From Eledone cirrhosa (taxonomy: Eukaryota): a DNA stretch of 64,000 nucleotides. A program made the position numbers and the translations under genes. Shown piece after piece: positions 11,800-24,198 of this stretch. Numbering within the stretch: the first letter of the stretch is position 1; every line of letters starts with the position of its first letter. The notes beneath the pieces were generated by a model. It saw only the letters and a program-made list of their open reading frames with translations, had not been told where the DNA came from and did no database searches. The stretch spans positions 120,404,001-120,468,000 of the forward strand of contig OZ024745.1 in the NCBI GenBank assembly GCA_964016885.1, read 5' to 3'.

Positions 11800-13390
11800 T
11801 TGTTCGGGAGTAGCGGTGGGCCGGATGGCAAGATGGGCTTCACAGCCTATCTCGACGGCTTGCCGTGGCTGTCGGTGACGGACGCGAAGTGTTGCGAAAA
11901 GTAGATAACAGCTACTGGAATACAGGGGACAACCGACTGCACGAGGGGCAAATCGCCTGGTTTGGATGGTCTGCCTTACGAGCTTTACGTTTACAGGCCA
12001 GACTTGTTCAGTGACCTCTTGACAGACGTCTACTGCAACTGGCAGCAGAACGGGAGAATTCCCAATCCTGTGAGCCGTGGGGAGGTGGCGCTGCTGAGAA
12101 AAGACCCGAACAACGGGGACAATGTATATAATTTTAGACCCATAACTCTACTAAATGCAGAGTTAAACATTTTGGCTAAGGTGTTACGAACGAGGTTGGC
12201 GCTTCTCGTCGGTAGTCTGATAGGGGAGGCACAGACATGTGCCATTCCCAAGAGATCCATCCGCGACAACCTCCATCTCATGCGATATATCATAGAGAGG
12301 GTGGCTAAAGAACTTGGCACAGGCGGGGCACTGATCATCTTGGATAGATCCAAAGCGTTCGATAGGGTCGACCATCGGTACCTGGCGGCGGTCCTCATAA
12401 TAGCAGGCTTTGGGCCCGTTTTCAGAGAAAGGATCACTGCTATGCACAGTGACATCTGTTGTGTAGTCTGATTGAACGGTCACCTCTCGCAACCGTTCAA
12501 CATTATGCGCTATTTCTGCCATGGCTGTCCCCTTTCGTCCTTGTTGTATGTATTGACTATCGAGCCACAATTACACTAATTAGAGACGTTGAGGGGCATC
12601 CCGCGTGTACTAGGACATGGAAGATCTGTGTCGGCTTATGCCGACGGCGTCACAGTCGTAGTGTCATGCACCAAAAACATTGAGGTGATCGGCACTGCTC
12701 TGGGGGAATACGAAGCGCTAACAGGAGCGAAAATCGGCACGAGTGGGGGGGGGGTCACGTCCATGCTGTCTAACAGCATCGTCGGACGCTGTCCTGACGA
12801 GCCGGTTAAATTGCTTCGGGTCTGGTTCGGTCCCGACCTCCCGATGGACAGAAACTGGGACGATGTGACGAACAGATTGGTCAATCTCACCCAAAACTGT
12901 GCCGAGAGAATGATGTCCCTGAAAGGTAAGGCAGAGGTGACGAACGCGTACATCACGTCAGTTAAAGTGCCGTCAGAAGGGGTTGTTGGAGATGTGTGCT
13001 GAGCGACGAAACCTTCCGAGCATTTCTAGTTTGTGGGTTTATGTCGAACACCTGCTATCGCATGTAGGGCTAATGCGATAATCGACCGACTTCATTGTGA
13101 AGATTTCCCCACCACCTTCCTTTAATAAGGAAGGTGGTGCCGTTTCTACCTGTCTTGTGGTCATGGTGAAAGAGTTTCTGTGGTGGACCCGCTTGAAAGG
13201 ATTGAAAACAGGGCACTTGCCTCTTTGGCGAAGCCCTGATTAACTTCAGATTTTATTTGAAGAGAAAAATCGGGGTGGAAAGGAGGATGCTGACTTTGGA
13301 GCAATTTGTTGAAGGTGGGTGAGAGAAGCGAGTAAGGCCCGAGTGAATGGGCCCACAATGAGTATGAACCTGTAAATCCAGGGTTTTAAG
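11800..13390 (+). mobile_element. Tx1/L1-like LINE fragment (RT to 3' end, internally deleted)
   Basis: KSPGLDGLPYELY, NFRPITLLNAELNILAKVL, KAFDRVDHRYL, SAYADGVTVVV. Homologous to 36300-38520. Confidence 0.9.
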
Positions 13391-13394
13391 TAAC

Positions 13395-14340
13395 TTTGTA
13401 TTTTTTAATCATTTTCCTTCCTTTTCTTGACTTCACAGACTTCCCAACACATATTTCATTCAGGATCGATATTTCTCCCTCATCATTTCAATTTCTTTCT
13501 CAATTTTTATATTCCGGGGTGGTTTGTTTGTGAATGTTGTGTCTTTTTTATCCATTTCTTTAACCCAAATTTACTCTCTATTACAGTTGCTGCTGCATAA
13601 ATAACCCCATTTAATTCTGATATATCAAGCTCCATCTCCTCAATTCTTGCTTTAACAGCCTGATTTCCTGTTCTTATGTGTTTTTTGTTCTGGTTGTTGC
13701 TTATCAATTTTTTCAAAGACTTTCTTTCCCCCATACCAATGTTGTTGTTTTTTCAAGTTCATTGACAATTTCTTGTTTTGTTATTTTCTATCTGATCTTT
13801 ATCTTCATGAGTAGAAATATCCTCATCGATATTGTCAATTAGTCTTTCAGCTTTACCCTGCTCTGTTGTGTTTCTGATACTTTCAATGTTCTGTGGAATC
13901 TCTCCTGGTAACAACATAGTCAATATGTTTTGTAATGTCTCTTCTGTCATATATTCACTTCGATTCCTTTTCTGATATTGGTATTCTCAAATCTTTTTCA
14001 ACTTTCGTCTTAATTTCATTTAACTCTGCATCTGTTAGTCTCTTGTTTCTAAGAATATCTCTTCTTACATTTGCAAGTTTGTTTTCGTCCAGGTTTGGGG
14101 TCTTTCTGTGTGTTTTTGATTCCGTTGGTTTTCCCAATGAGTAATAGAATGCGTATATCACTTCTTTATACTCTTCTTAAGTCCATTTGATACGTTGAGA
14201 TTTTTGTGGGGTTTTTTGTGATGCTGAACTTGAATGGCTTGGGTTGAGACTATTATCGTTCAAGAGACCATTCAAGTCAGCGTTTGGAGAAGAGCTCGTT
14301 TCAGCCGCAGGATTTTCAACCTTAGGCTGATTCCTCACTA
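13395..14340 (-). mobile_element. R4/Dong-like LINE 5' fragment
   Basis: RIKWT..IYAFYY, KLANVRRDIL..KRLTDAELNEIK and ELNGVIYAAATVI parallel the N-terminus of the element at 41447-42325. Confidence 0.65.
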
Positions 14341-14419
14341 TTCTCACCATCACCATCATCATCAATCCTATCATCACAACTACTATTGCTATTGTGGCTA
14401 CTCTCTGAAGTCTTGTTGT

Positions 14420-16815
14420 TAAGATTTCAGGAGTGGCGTAGTGCTAAATCTGGTCGTGGGAGGCAAAAGGCCCTGCTGTCACTTGTGCGGAGAAAAAACC
14501 ACTTTACAGCCTTTTGCTCTCTACTGAAGACAGAAGACCACAATACTCCATTGCTGCCAAAACCGAAACCACATCTACAGCAGCAGCAGCAGCAGCAGCA
14601 GCAAACCACATCAACAGCTGCAGCAGCAAACCACATCAACAGCTGCACCATCAGCGGCAACAGTAACACGACTGCCAATAACAACATCGAAAACAACACC
14701 AACTACACCGGTGATTGCCCAATTAAGCTCTTCTTCTCCCCTTCTTTCAAATACACACAGCCTAACATTCACACACCTGCACACACTCCTATTTCCCCCT
14801 GTCACAGAGTCCTCAGACACTACTTCCTCTTCCTCTTCAAGTGAAGATGAAGGGGAACCCCCAAAACGAAAAAAGAAAAAAATGGAGACACAAAAAAGAA
14901 ACATACATTTTCACACACATCAATAATCGCACAAAATACAGACACAGCTACAACAGCACCAACACCACAACCACCCCAACAACACCGACACAACCGCAAC
15001 TCATGCCCCACAAAAGACTAACATACGCAGGGACTAACAAAAATAGAAACAACCAACTTGTGTTACTAACAAGGGCCAACAAAAAGCTTATGGCCCTTGA
15101 AACATAAAATCAAGATATTTAGAAAGAGGGGGAGATTTTTGGCAATTGCACCTTCAAAGTGCCCAAAACACTGCTGATGATACAGACGCCAGTAAACACC
15201 TACGAAACTATTAGGGCAAGCTTCGCCGACGGCGTAGGGACATCTAGTGTGAAGGCTTCCAATAGGCTTTTAAAGGGGTTCCCAAAGAAACCCCCAATGA
15301 CCAGAAGTGGAGACAGAACCTGGACAAACCACTTAGGGACATCTAAATCGTATATAGATAGGTTTTTCATTAGAATAGTGGTTAGGAATAGTATAGGGTG
15401 TCCACAATTCCACACGGCCGTTTATTCAGACCACAAGTTTGTAATGTATGGTCGACCTAGATAGAACATGTAGACAGAGTCTCGGTTACTGGAAGCTTAG
15501 TGTGTTGTTCCCGCAGCGTAAAGCCTACAGAGACCGAATTAGTTAAGCAACAATTGATAGGAGCCATTGTCAACTACAGGTGGTGGGGCGCTCTCAAGAT
15601 AGTGATTAGAGTAGAATCGATAGCTTTTAGCAAGGAAGTAACACATTAGAAAAAAATAAAACGGAGGAACAGTTAGTAGCTAAAGTAGACGAGGTGATTA
15701 GTATTGGCATTGCAACTGACGTGCTACCTGCGAGAATGGCACTAGACCATTTCTACAATGCGAAACACGAAGATTGCATTGTAAGGGCTAAGGAACGTGC
15801 TCTGAGAAATGAAGTGACGAAAGCTATTCGATGGGCCCGAGTGTGGCAGAGGCGCAGCGTGGCAATAAGTCCACAATTCGGTCTTTTGCGGACTGTGGTG
15901 GGCGCGTGCTTCACGGTTCCAAGCAGATGTGTATGTCTTTTCAGCAACACTTTAAACAACTATTAGGGGCGAGCAGCGAGTCAAAGACGGTGGCGGATTT
16001 CAGTTCCTACCTCATCGTGCCGTGATTCTCGGCAGTTGATACTGAGTGCTTCGAAAGGCCGATAACAGCAGCTGAAATTCAAGAAGCCCTGGTAGGCGTT
16101 ACGAGGCGCAAAGCACCTGGTTTAGATGGTCTGCTCTACAAGTTTTTACGTAGAAATACTAGACATGTTCTCCGAGTTTGTGAAAATATGTATGAATATG
16201 GTAAGAATGGCCCGTGTGATTGGGCCTACTCTGAGCATGCGTATGTTGGCTGATTGATTTAAGGAGGGGAGGAGTGTCCTTCCCGGGTGCTCTCAAAGCG
16301 TCGGGTGGTTCAGGATTAGGGGTGTACCTGAGTTGCTCCTGTGTGATCTACCCCTATTAGGAAATTCTGTTGTTTCATTTTTATTGTTTACTAGCAGAAA
16401 AACCACACATCGGGTGGTTTTCTGCTAGCATGTGTAGTATGCATATTAATATTATACGCAAATGTATATGCATGTAGATATGATACGTCAAATAAAATCA
16501 TAATTGACAATATACACAGAAATTGAAGAGAGACTGTGTTACAATGTCTTCTGTAATCAGTAAAGTAACCCATGATACATTTAAAAAAGACAATATTATA
16601 TATAAACTGCATTACAGTGAAATGTTATGAAAACGAAAAAGGAGAAAATTAGCGACCGAAATATAAACCTTATATAACAATGCAAATATATGAATATTTA
16701 TATAAGTGATGTGATGAATGTTTTTACGCGATTTTATTGTAAACCCCTACTGTCCCTGTCTCTGTATTGTCCCCTATATGTAAGCCCTAGTGGCCAATAA
16801 AGAAATTATTATTAT
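14420..16815 (+). mobile_element. Tx1/L1-like LINE, internally deleted, with a Helitron inserted in its 3' UTR
   Basis: CAG/CAA-rich ORF1-like region, SKSYIDRFF..YSDHKFV, GYWKL, KAPGLDGLLYKF. Its 3' end gccctagtggccaataaagaaattatt matches 38790-38820. Confidence 0.8.
16391..16720 (-). mobile_element. Non-autonomous Helitron, 5'-truncated copy
   Basis: Reverse-complement homolog of 7500-7832 with the terminal hairpin and CTAG|T at 16391. Confidence 0.85.
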
Positions 16816-16819
16816 ATAG

Positions 16820-17046
16820 GGTGGTGGATTGAAAGTATTGGTAGAGCGTCGGACACCATTCTTTGCAGCATGGAGTTGCGGCCCTTTACGTTCTGGGTTC
16901 AAATCCCGCCGAGGTTAGCTTTGCCTTTCATCCTTACGGGGCCGATAAAATAAAGCACCAGTAATGCACTGCGGTCGATTTAATCGACTTTCCTCTCCCC
17001 TAAAATTGTTGGCCTTGTGTCTAACTCAGAAACCATTATTATTATA
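16820..17046 (+). mobile_element. Meta-domain-like tRNA SINE, tail type 1 (isolated copies also at 18093-18300 +, 19466-19651 -, 31562-31800 +, 42730-42950 +, 50185-50395 -, 50440-50660 +, 50935-51085 +, 59170-59372 -)
   Basis: A-box-like tggtagagcg, B box ggttcaaatccc, core ttgcctttcatccttacggggtcgataaaataaagtaccag (resembles the MetaSINE Meta domain), (ATT)n tail, 15-bp TSD at 16805-16819 / 17035-17049. Confidence 0.9.
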
Positions 17047-17049
17047 CAG

Positions 17050-17123
17050 GAAAGTTACACAAATACTTATGAATCTGAACTTCGATACAAAAAAGAAATC
17101 CAGGAAAAGATCGACACCCCAGA
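17050..17123 (+). CDS. Uncharacterised 123-aa protein, coding exon B (ESYTNTYESELRYKKEIQEKIDTP[E])
   Basis: tacAG acceptor and AGA|GTAAGT donor. 74 nt, phase 0 to phase 2, exactly bridging exons A and C. Confidence 0.8.
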
Positions 17124-17223
17124 GTAAGTAAGACATATGAGTTTCTCTGATATCGTTTTTAAAGGATGTTTTGTGTGGATATGGCAAAAAAATATTTTGT
17201 TTCATGAATAATATTGTATAGAG

Positions 17224-17503
17224 CAGGGGTGTGCAACGTATTTCATAGGTGGGCCACTTTTGAACATTGGAACAACTATTATCTAATGAAAACCACAATC
17301 TAATGAAAACCACTTCTTTCCATAACATGGAACTGGGAAATTATAACACACACAACCCTATCAGTGAAGCCCTTTAGTATATGTCAACGAAAAAAATTCT
17401 AAATAAGCCTACAAGGTAAAAATTAAAAACGGTCATCGCGGGCCACTCTGACTTGTCTGGCGGGCCGGATTGTGGCCAGCGGGCCACCTGTTGACCGTCA
17501 CTG
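17224..17503. mobile_element. hAT (Charlie/MER58-like) MITE
   Basis: Ends caggggtgtgcaac / gttgaccgtcactg, subterminal gcgggcc repeats, imperfect 8-bp TSD gtatagag / gtatagtt. Confidence 0.75.
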
Positions 17504-19080
17504 GTATAGTTTGTAACTATGTATATTGTCGACACGTTCTAGAACGCAGTTGGTGTTGTTGATACGGTATTGTAATCGTTAATGTTTCGTTGGATATCTA
17601 GTTATGATTGTAAAATCATGAGTTCGATTACTTGACTGGGTGGCACGTTGTGACCTTCAGCAAGACTTATTTCGCGTTACTCCAGTTGATTCAGCTGGCA
17701 AAAATGAGTTGTATTTGTAATTCAAGGATCAGCCTTCTTACCCGTTGTGTCACGTTGAATCTCCGTGAGAACTATAAGGAATGCTCAGTCACTGACACAT
17801 TAATTTCACGAGCAGGTAGTTCCGTTGATTGAATCAGCTGGAACACTAGTGGTCAAAAATAGTGGTCGCCCAACAATATATCATAATTAAGGTGCCCTCT
17901 TCTCTGTTGATTTTTGGCCAATTGGTGTAGAATGGCATCCATTGATATTAGCACAGTTTTTGTTAACTCTTTTGTCGCCATATTTGCAACGAAAGACATT
18001 GCTAATTATTTTAAATAATTTTAAAGATAATCAAGAATTTGAAGGAATTTAGTAATATAATTAACTTTCTCGTTATTAAGCTTATAGTGTTTGGGCGGTG
18101 GATTGACAGTATTGGTTGAGCATCGGACAACATGCTTTCCAACCCTTTACCGTCTGATTTCAAATCCCGCCGAGGTTAGCTCTGCCTTTCATCCTTACAG
18201 GGTCAATAAAATAAAGTCCCATCAATGCATCGGGGTCGATTTAATCGACTTTCCACTCCCCGAAAATTATTGGCCTTGTGCCTAAATCAGAAATCATTAT
18301 TAAGCTAGTGTTCGGAGTATAACTTAAAGCAGTTTCTTACATAAAATTATGATGGAAAGTTTTAAGATAAATGTAAATACTTTAAAACAATCAGTTTTCC
18401 GTCGTAGAATCTGTACCGGTTGCAGGTGGTTTGGTATCAAAATGACTCCATCTAAGAAAAAAAAATAGTCAAATTGAAAAAAAAATGGTACCGACAAAAC
18501 AGAAAATACTTCCGCAAGTTAGCAAACACAGAATTGTATGGAACGATAACTCCTGAGGGAGTTGTGTGGGCGCCATGTTGGCATACGGCGTTTCTAAGGC
18601 ATTCTTTTTTAAACCTGCTGAAACCCGTCTCCTCTCCAGGTCTGAACACAACAGATTTCTTCCGGGGAAGGATAGAGTGAGTGAGAGTTGGAGGTCAGAA
18701 AGAGATATAGGGGAAGAATGGACCCCAGTACTAGACTGGTACTTTATTATTGACTTTGAATGGATGAAAGGCAAAGTTGACATCGGCGGGATGAGAAACA
18801 AGTACCGCAAACCAGACTGTCCGACGTCCTAACGACTCTGCCAATTCGCCTCCATAAATAAAGAATTACTTCTATTAGCAGGGCTTAGTGTTTATGGGGA
18901 TCTTAAGGTTGATCAGGAACTACCGAAGTTTCTAATCTTACTAACAATACTGTACAAATAGTTCGCCTGCTGCTGAAAAGCTCTCATGAAGGGGAACTAA
19001 CTATTCAATAAATGTCCATTGTTCCTCCTACTGAAACAGTAGTAAACAATGGTAAAAATAATGGAATTTATTTATGGAAA

Positions 19081-19350
19081 GGGCTATGTAGCCGTAAAAG
19101 TGTCAGACACCTTGAGTTACGGCCGGAGTTAAGACAATTGTTAAGGCAATTGGAAATCTTTACCACCATCAATTGTTAAAAAAACAGTTAAAATCATTTA
19201 GTCGTCAATTCGTAACGTACGTTAAGCTTTAGTTAGGTACACACACATTTACATGTAAATACATAGATACATACAACAGAAGGAAGGGGCTGGTGAAACG
19301 CTATAGCGATCTGTGTTCCGTACCTGTGGGGTTTACCGGCTACATAGCCT
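19081..19350. mobile_element. MITE of unassigned superfamily
   Basis: TIRs gggctatgtagccg / cggctacatagcct. Confidence 0.6.
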
Positions 19351-20896
19351 ATTCGTTTATTTATGTTAGCTGGCTATCTTAAAACATGTTGTATTGCGTA
19401 CATTGCTATATTTGGTGTTGAGAGATATTGTTTTGTAACACAGATTGTAGTTAGCCAAATATAATTGTTTCTACTTTTGGCACAAGGCCAGCAATTATCC
19501 CGGTGTATTACTGGTACTTTATTTTATCGACCCCGTAAGGATGAAAGGCAAAGTTAACCTAGGCGGGATTTGAACTCAGACCATAAAGGGCCATAACTCT
19601 TTGCTGCAAAGCATAGCGTCCGACCCTCTACCGATACTGCCAATCCACCGCAAATATAATATATATTAAACAGAATTAGTACTTTATGGGACTCCTCTCA
19701 ATTAAATAAAGGGCGTTCTCTGCAAGATGTATTGAGTACATTTGATTGTAGTTCCTTGCCTTTCTTTACACACACATTCACAAAATAGAGTTAGTAGCTT
19801 TCTCCATATTTTGACTACAGAAAATAGTCTAATAACTGGTGTGGTTTCGATTCACAGGCTTGCTGGTGTTCTTTTTTTCTTTTTTTCTTTTTCGCTATGG
19901 GGGCTGTGTGTGGGTAATGGTATCTATATACCAAATAAATCCGGACTAGCAGCAGTTTCTGCACTGCATTCTGTACGAAACATTTGCATCAGCAATGTCT
20001 ATTAACACAAGTCATGTAATATTGCTAAATATTACATGACTAGGACTATACAACATTTCATCAGCGGGTTTCTAGCCTACGTCCAACGCGAACGCTTATC
20101 CGAACGACTGCTACAGTTCAACTTGCATCATAACGATAACAGTTTCTGACAACAGCGGCACGTGACCTTATAAAAAGGAGGTCGGTCAAAACAATTGAAT
20201 GTAAGCCTAAGCTTTCAACTAGGTTAGTTAAAGAGCAGAGACCGAACTGCAAAAATGTACAAATCGAACTGGAATGAAACATAATAGTGTTCAACTTACG
20301 ATTAAAAGCAAATCCATTGTCTGACTGGAGGAATCAAATATTGTTTAACGAAGCTAATCGGATCGGATCGAACCCTTAAAGTTCCGTGGATATGTGTGTG
20401 TGGGGGGGGGGGTTGTATGTACGTATATTTATACATCTAAGTGTATCTCTGAATACGAATGTCTGTAAGTATCTATATATGTTTGTGGAATTGTATAAAT
20501 GTGTTGGTCTGGCGGCAAATTGTCAGTCGTTAGAACATCAGATAGAATACCTTATGGTATTTGTTCCGGCTCTCAGCTCTCTGAGTTCAAATCCCGCCGA
20601 GGTCAACTTTCATCGTTTCGAGGTCGATAAAAAAAGTACCAGTCTAGTACTGGGGTGGATTCTTCCTCTATATCTCTTTCTCCTTTTCTCTTTCTATCTT
20701 TCTCTGGGAGAAATCTGCTGTAGTCAGGTCTGGAGAGGGAAGGGCTCTGCCAGGCTTAAAATGCCCAAGAAACGCCGTATGTCAATACAGTGCCCCTATG
20801 ACTCTGTCGGGAGTTAGGGCACTATACATACATAAACATGCTGGCATATATGAGTCAAAAATGTGTCTATACATTGTATGCTATGTATGTGCGCAT

Positions 20897-20899
<3 letters not shown>

Positions 20900-20952
<53 letters not shown>

Positions 20953-21325
20953 TGCCAAGACTGGAATTGAACCATCAGCACAGTTGAGGTATGTCAGACA
21001 TCAATTTATTTTATCTGATGAGGACGTACTGAGGAAACAGCACAGTACCTCTGAAATATATATAATAAAATATATTTGATCACATGAATGTCTATATTCA
21101 TTAATATTTTGAATTAATATATATATATATATATATATATAACTGGAAAAAAAATATATGCTTATGTTAATCTGTATATACATTTCACTATAGGCATATT
21201 TTAACTATATTTGTTTATGTATATATATGTAAGTGTGCATGTATGAATATGTATATGCTTGTATGTATATATATGTGTATAAGTGTACATACATATGGTT
21301 GTATATATGTCTATATCTATACATG

Positions 21326-21358
<33 letters not shown>

Positions 21359-21476
21359 AAGTATATTAATATGGATGTGTATGTATACATGTGTATGTAT
21401 GAATATATTAGCATGTTTACATATCTATACAGACATGTATGTGTGAGCATATATACGTATATATGTATGTGCATGC

Positions 21477-21570
<94 letters not shown>
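20900..21570. repeat. (TA)n and (TATG)n microsatellite complex
   Basis: Direct reading. Source of the YI-repeat ORFs. Confidence 0.95.
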
Positions 21571-21573
<3 letters not shown>

Positions 21574-21574
21574 G

Positions 21575-21691
21575 TTATAAAGAGTCGGGGCCCGACGGCT
21601 GAGCTCTTGCCGTTTCAACTGCTAGTTCCAAAGTCTGGAACTAGCAGTTGAAACGGCAAGCGCTCAGCCGGCTGGTGCCGACTCTTTATAA
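21575..21691. repeat. Fold-back repeat (~56-bp arms, 5-nt loop) containing the 3' half of a hammerhead motif
   Basis: ttataaagagtcgg..gctagttcca-aagtc-tggaactagc..ccgactctttataa. The minus strand of the left arm reads GAAACGGC-aagagctca-GCCGTC. Confidence 0.9.
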
Positions 21692-22269
21692 TATAACCAT
21701 ACTCTACCACCACAAGTATCGAGTACTCTGTTGAGTAATGGTCTAACCAGTTTCAAACTAAACACATCCTGATATATATATGTATATATTGTATGAGGTC
21801 GCTCCTGGGTGCAGCAGGTAACATTTAAGGCAGTGTAACCTGTCCTATGGTCGAGTCATCGGTGACTAAATCGGCAAACCCACCAACTTTGTTTGGTGAG
21901 GTGGGTGATTTTGGACACCCTGCAGGATGAAAAACAAAACTTGACAAAGGGCGGAGGAACTCATGGGAGTCAACGGTCATTCAACAGTGTGTATATATGT
22001 ATATATTGTCTGGAAATATCTATATGGTATGGATATCTCATTTTATCTTCATTCATTTATTTATCCCATTTATTTATCTGGAAAAATCTGTAGTCGCTAT
22101 AGCTACCAAAAATCTGTTATTCTCTGCGAGAAGGACACTCCGAAAAACCTGCTGTTGTTACAGTAACCGATCATCTAGCACATACTTGTCATTTGATTCT
22201 GGCTGGTGATATTTAGTGAGTAGCATGTGTGTAGTACAACCACATGGTACTTTGATCTCTTTGAGAAAA

Positions 22270-23185
22270 TATCTCTCAAAGTCCTGCGGCGATGGGGAAG
22301 CAGTGACGTAGTCAGACCTAACATGTAGCTATACAGTTGCTAATCTACACACATACGGCTTAACTTTTATCTAACGTCGTTGTCAGTTTTCGAAATAGCT
22401 TAGGCAGCGTCTTTTGTGATAGTACAGCCCTTACACTGTTCACCCACATTTTTGGAGCGTTCTAGAAAGTTGAGCCAGACATTGTCTGTTCTACCATCAA
22501 GCTGGTCAGCTTCCTGTGGCTGACGGCTGTTCATACCGGCAGGAAAAACAAGAAGAAGACTGGTAATTTTCAGAAGAATCTCCTAAAGAATCTTCTATTG
22601 AATGTTGCTACATGGAATAATAGAACACTTCTTGACAGGGAATCATCCAGAAATCCAGAACTGCTATTGTTGGCAGAAAACTGAGCAGGTATAATATCGA
22701 TATATCTACACTATCTGAAACCCGTCTTTGTGGTGAAGGTCATCTATCAGCGAATGGTGTTGGTTATACGTTCTTCTGGAGAGGAAAACCAAATAGTTTA
22801 AAATGGAATGGAGGAGTAGATTGCACTGTCTGGAGAAAATTCACAAAGCGACTGGAACAACCAGAAGGCATTGGTAATGGAAATATGCATCTGAGAGTTC
22901 CTCTTTCAAAGGGACGTTTCATGACTGTCATTTCAGTGTATGCTGCTACCCTGGATGGTAGCTAGGAATCAATCATGGTTTTTTTCCAAGATTTATGAGA
23001 GTGTATAACATCGATTCCAGATTCAGACAAGATCTTGGTTCTTGGAAATGTTAATGCACGTGTGGGAAAGGACAACCGCATTTGGAGTGTTATAGGACGC
23101 TACGGCATGGAAAAGATTGTCTTTTCCTTTTTCAATTGTCTTCTCCTTTTCCAATTATGTACTGCGTTTGATCTGGTCGAGTGCA
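22270..23185 (+). mobile_element. RTE-BovB-like LINE 5' fragment (AP endonuclease)
   Basis: LNVATWNNRTLLD, LSRYNIDISTLSETRLCGEG, GYTFFWRGK, VISVYAATL, LVLGNVNARVG. Stops present. Confidence 0.85.
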
Positions 23186-23229
23186 GCTTATGGAGAAGTG
23201 TGTTGAGCGACGACTGTCACTCCACCTCG

Positions 23230-23685
23230 TTGTCTGTTAGATCTTTACTGTATACAACTGTTGACTGATAACGTCGTAATTTAGATCTTTACTATATACA
23301 TCTGTTGACTAACAACGTTGTCTGTTAGATCTTTATTATATACATCTGTTGGCTAATAACGTCGTCTGCCTGATCTTTACTCTATACAATTGTTGACTAA
23401 TAACGTCTGATAGATCTTTACTATATACATCTGTTGACTAATAACGTCTGTTAGTTCTTTACTATATACATCTGTTGAGTAATGACGTCTTTTAGATCTT
23501 TACTATATACATCTGTTGACTTATAACGTATGTTAGATCTTTACTCTATACATCTGTTGACTTATAACGTCTGTTAGATCTTTACTCTATACATCTGTTG
23601 ACTAATAACGTCTGTTTGATCTTTATTTTATACAACTGTTGATCTTTACTCTATACATCTGTTGACTAATAACGTCGTCTGTTAC
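23230..23685. repeat. 41-44-bp minisatellite, ~11 copies
   Basis: Unit tctgttagatctttactatatacatctgttgactaataacg, with or without tcg. Confidence 0.95.
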
Positions 23686-23721
23686 TGATGCATGTCAATC
23701 ATTTCTCTCATTTCACCCTAG

Positions 23722-23814
23722 AAAACCAGGAATAAAAGCTTGCGGCTACCGATGTGTTTATGACCATACGCCACGTGAGGAAACGAAAGAAAAGAAACCT
23801 AATTTTCTTCAAAG
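23722..23814 (+). CDS. Uncharacterised 123-aa protein, coding exon C (KPGIKACGYRCVYDHTPREETKEKKPNFLQ[R])
   Basis: Pyrimidine tract atttctctcatttcaccctAG with no other AG in the preceding ~80 nt, donor AAG|GTAGAT. 93 nt, phase 2 to 2, only one open frame. Confidence 0.8.
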
Positions 23815-23869
23815 GTAGATAACGAGGAATTATGGACAATATTATTGTAAACTCATATTGATTGACTTT

Positions 23870-24198
23870 TGTGATGTCTGTCGAGGTGTAGTAACAGGGT
23901 CACGTGATGTTTGCCGAGGTACCGTAACATGGTCACGTGATGTTTGTCGGGGTGAAGTATCATGGTCACGTGATGTTTGCTGAGGTACCGTAACATGGTC
24001 ACGTGATGGTTGCCGAGGTGCAGTAACATGGTCACGTGACGGTTGCCGAGGTGCAGTAACATGGTCACGTGATGTTTGCCGGGGTGAAGTATCATGGTCA
24101 CGTCATGTTTGCCGAGGTACCGTAACATGGTCACGTGATGGTTGCCGAGATGCAGTAACATGGTCACGTGACGGTTGCCGAGGTGCAGTAACATGGTC
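23870..24198. repeat. 33-bp minisatellite, ~10 copies, most units with GTCACGTGA
   Basis: Unit catggtcacgtgatgtttgccgaggtaccgtaa and variants. A four-unit block is repeated twice. Confidence 0.95.

Noticed and set aside
21795-21990. Structured GC-richer segment, possible HDV-like ribozyme at a LINE 5' end
   Set aside because: Some P1/P3-like pairings and a long hairpin are visible, but I could not place P2 and the catalytic C. Needs a covariance-model search.
22103-22215. Possible exon LPKICYSLREGHSEKPAVVTVTDHLAHTCHLILAGDI with a GTGAGT donor
   Set aside because: Weak acceptor, and joining to exon C creates TAA. Exon B already bridges A and C. A poison exon cannot be excluded without reads.
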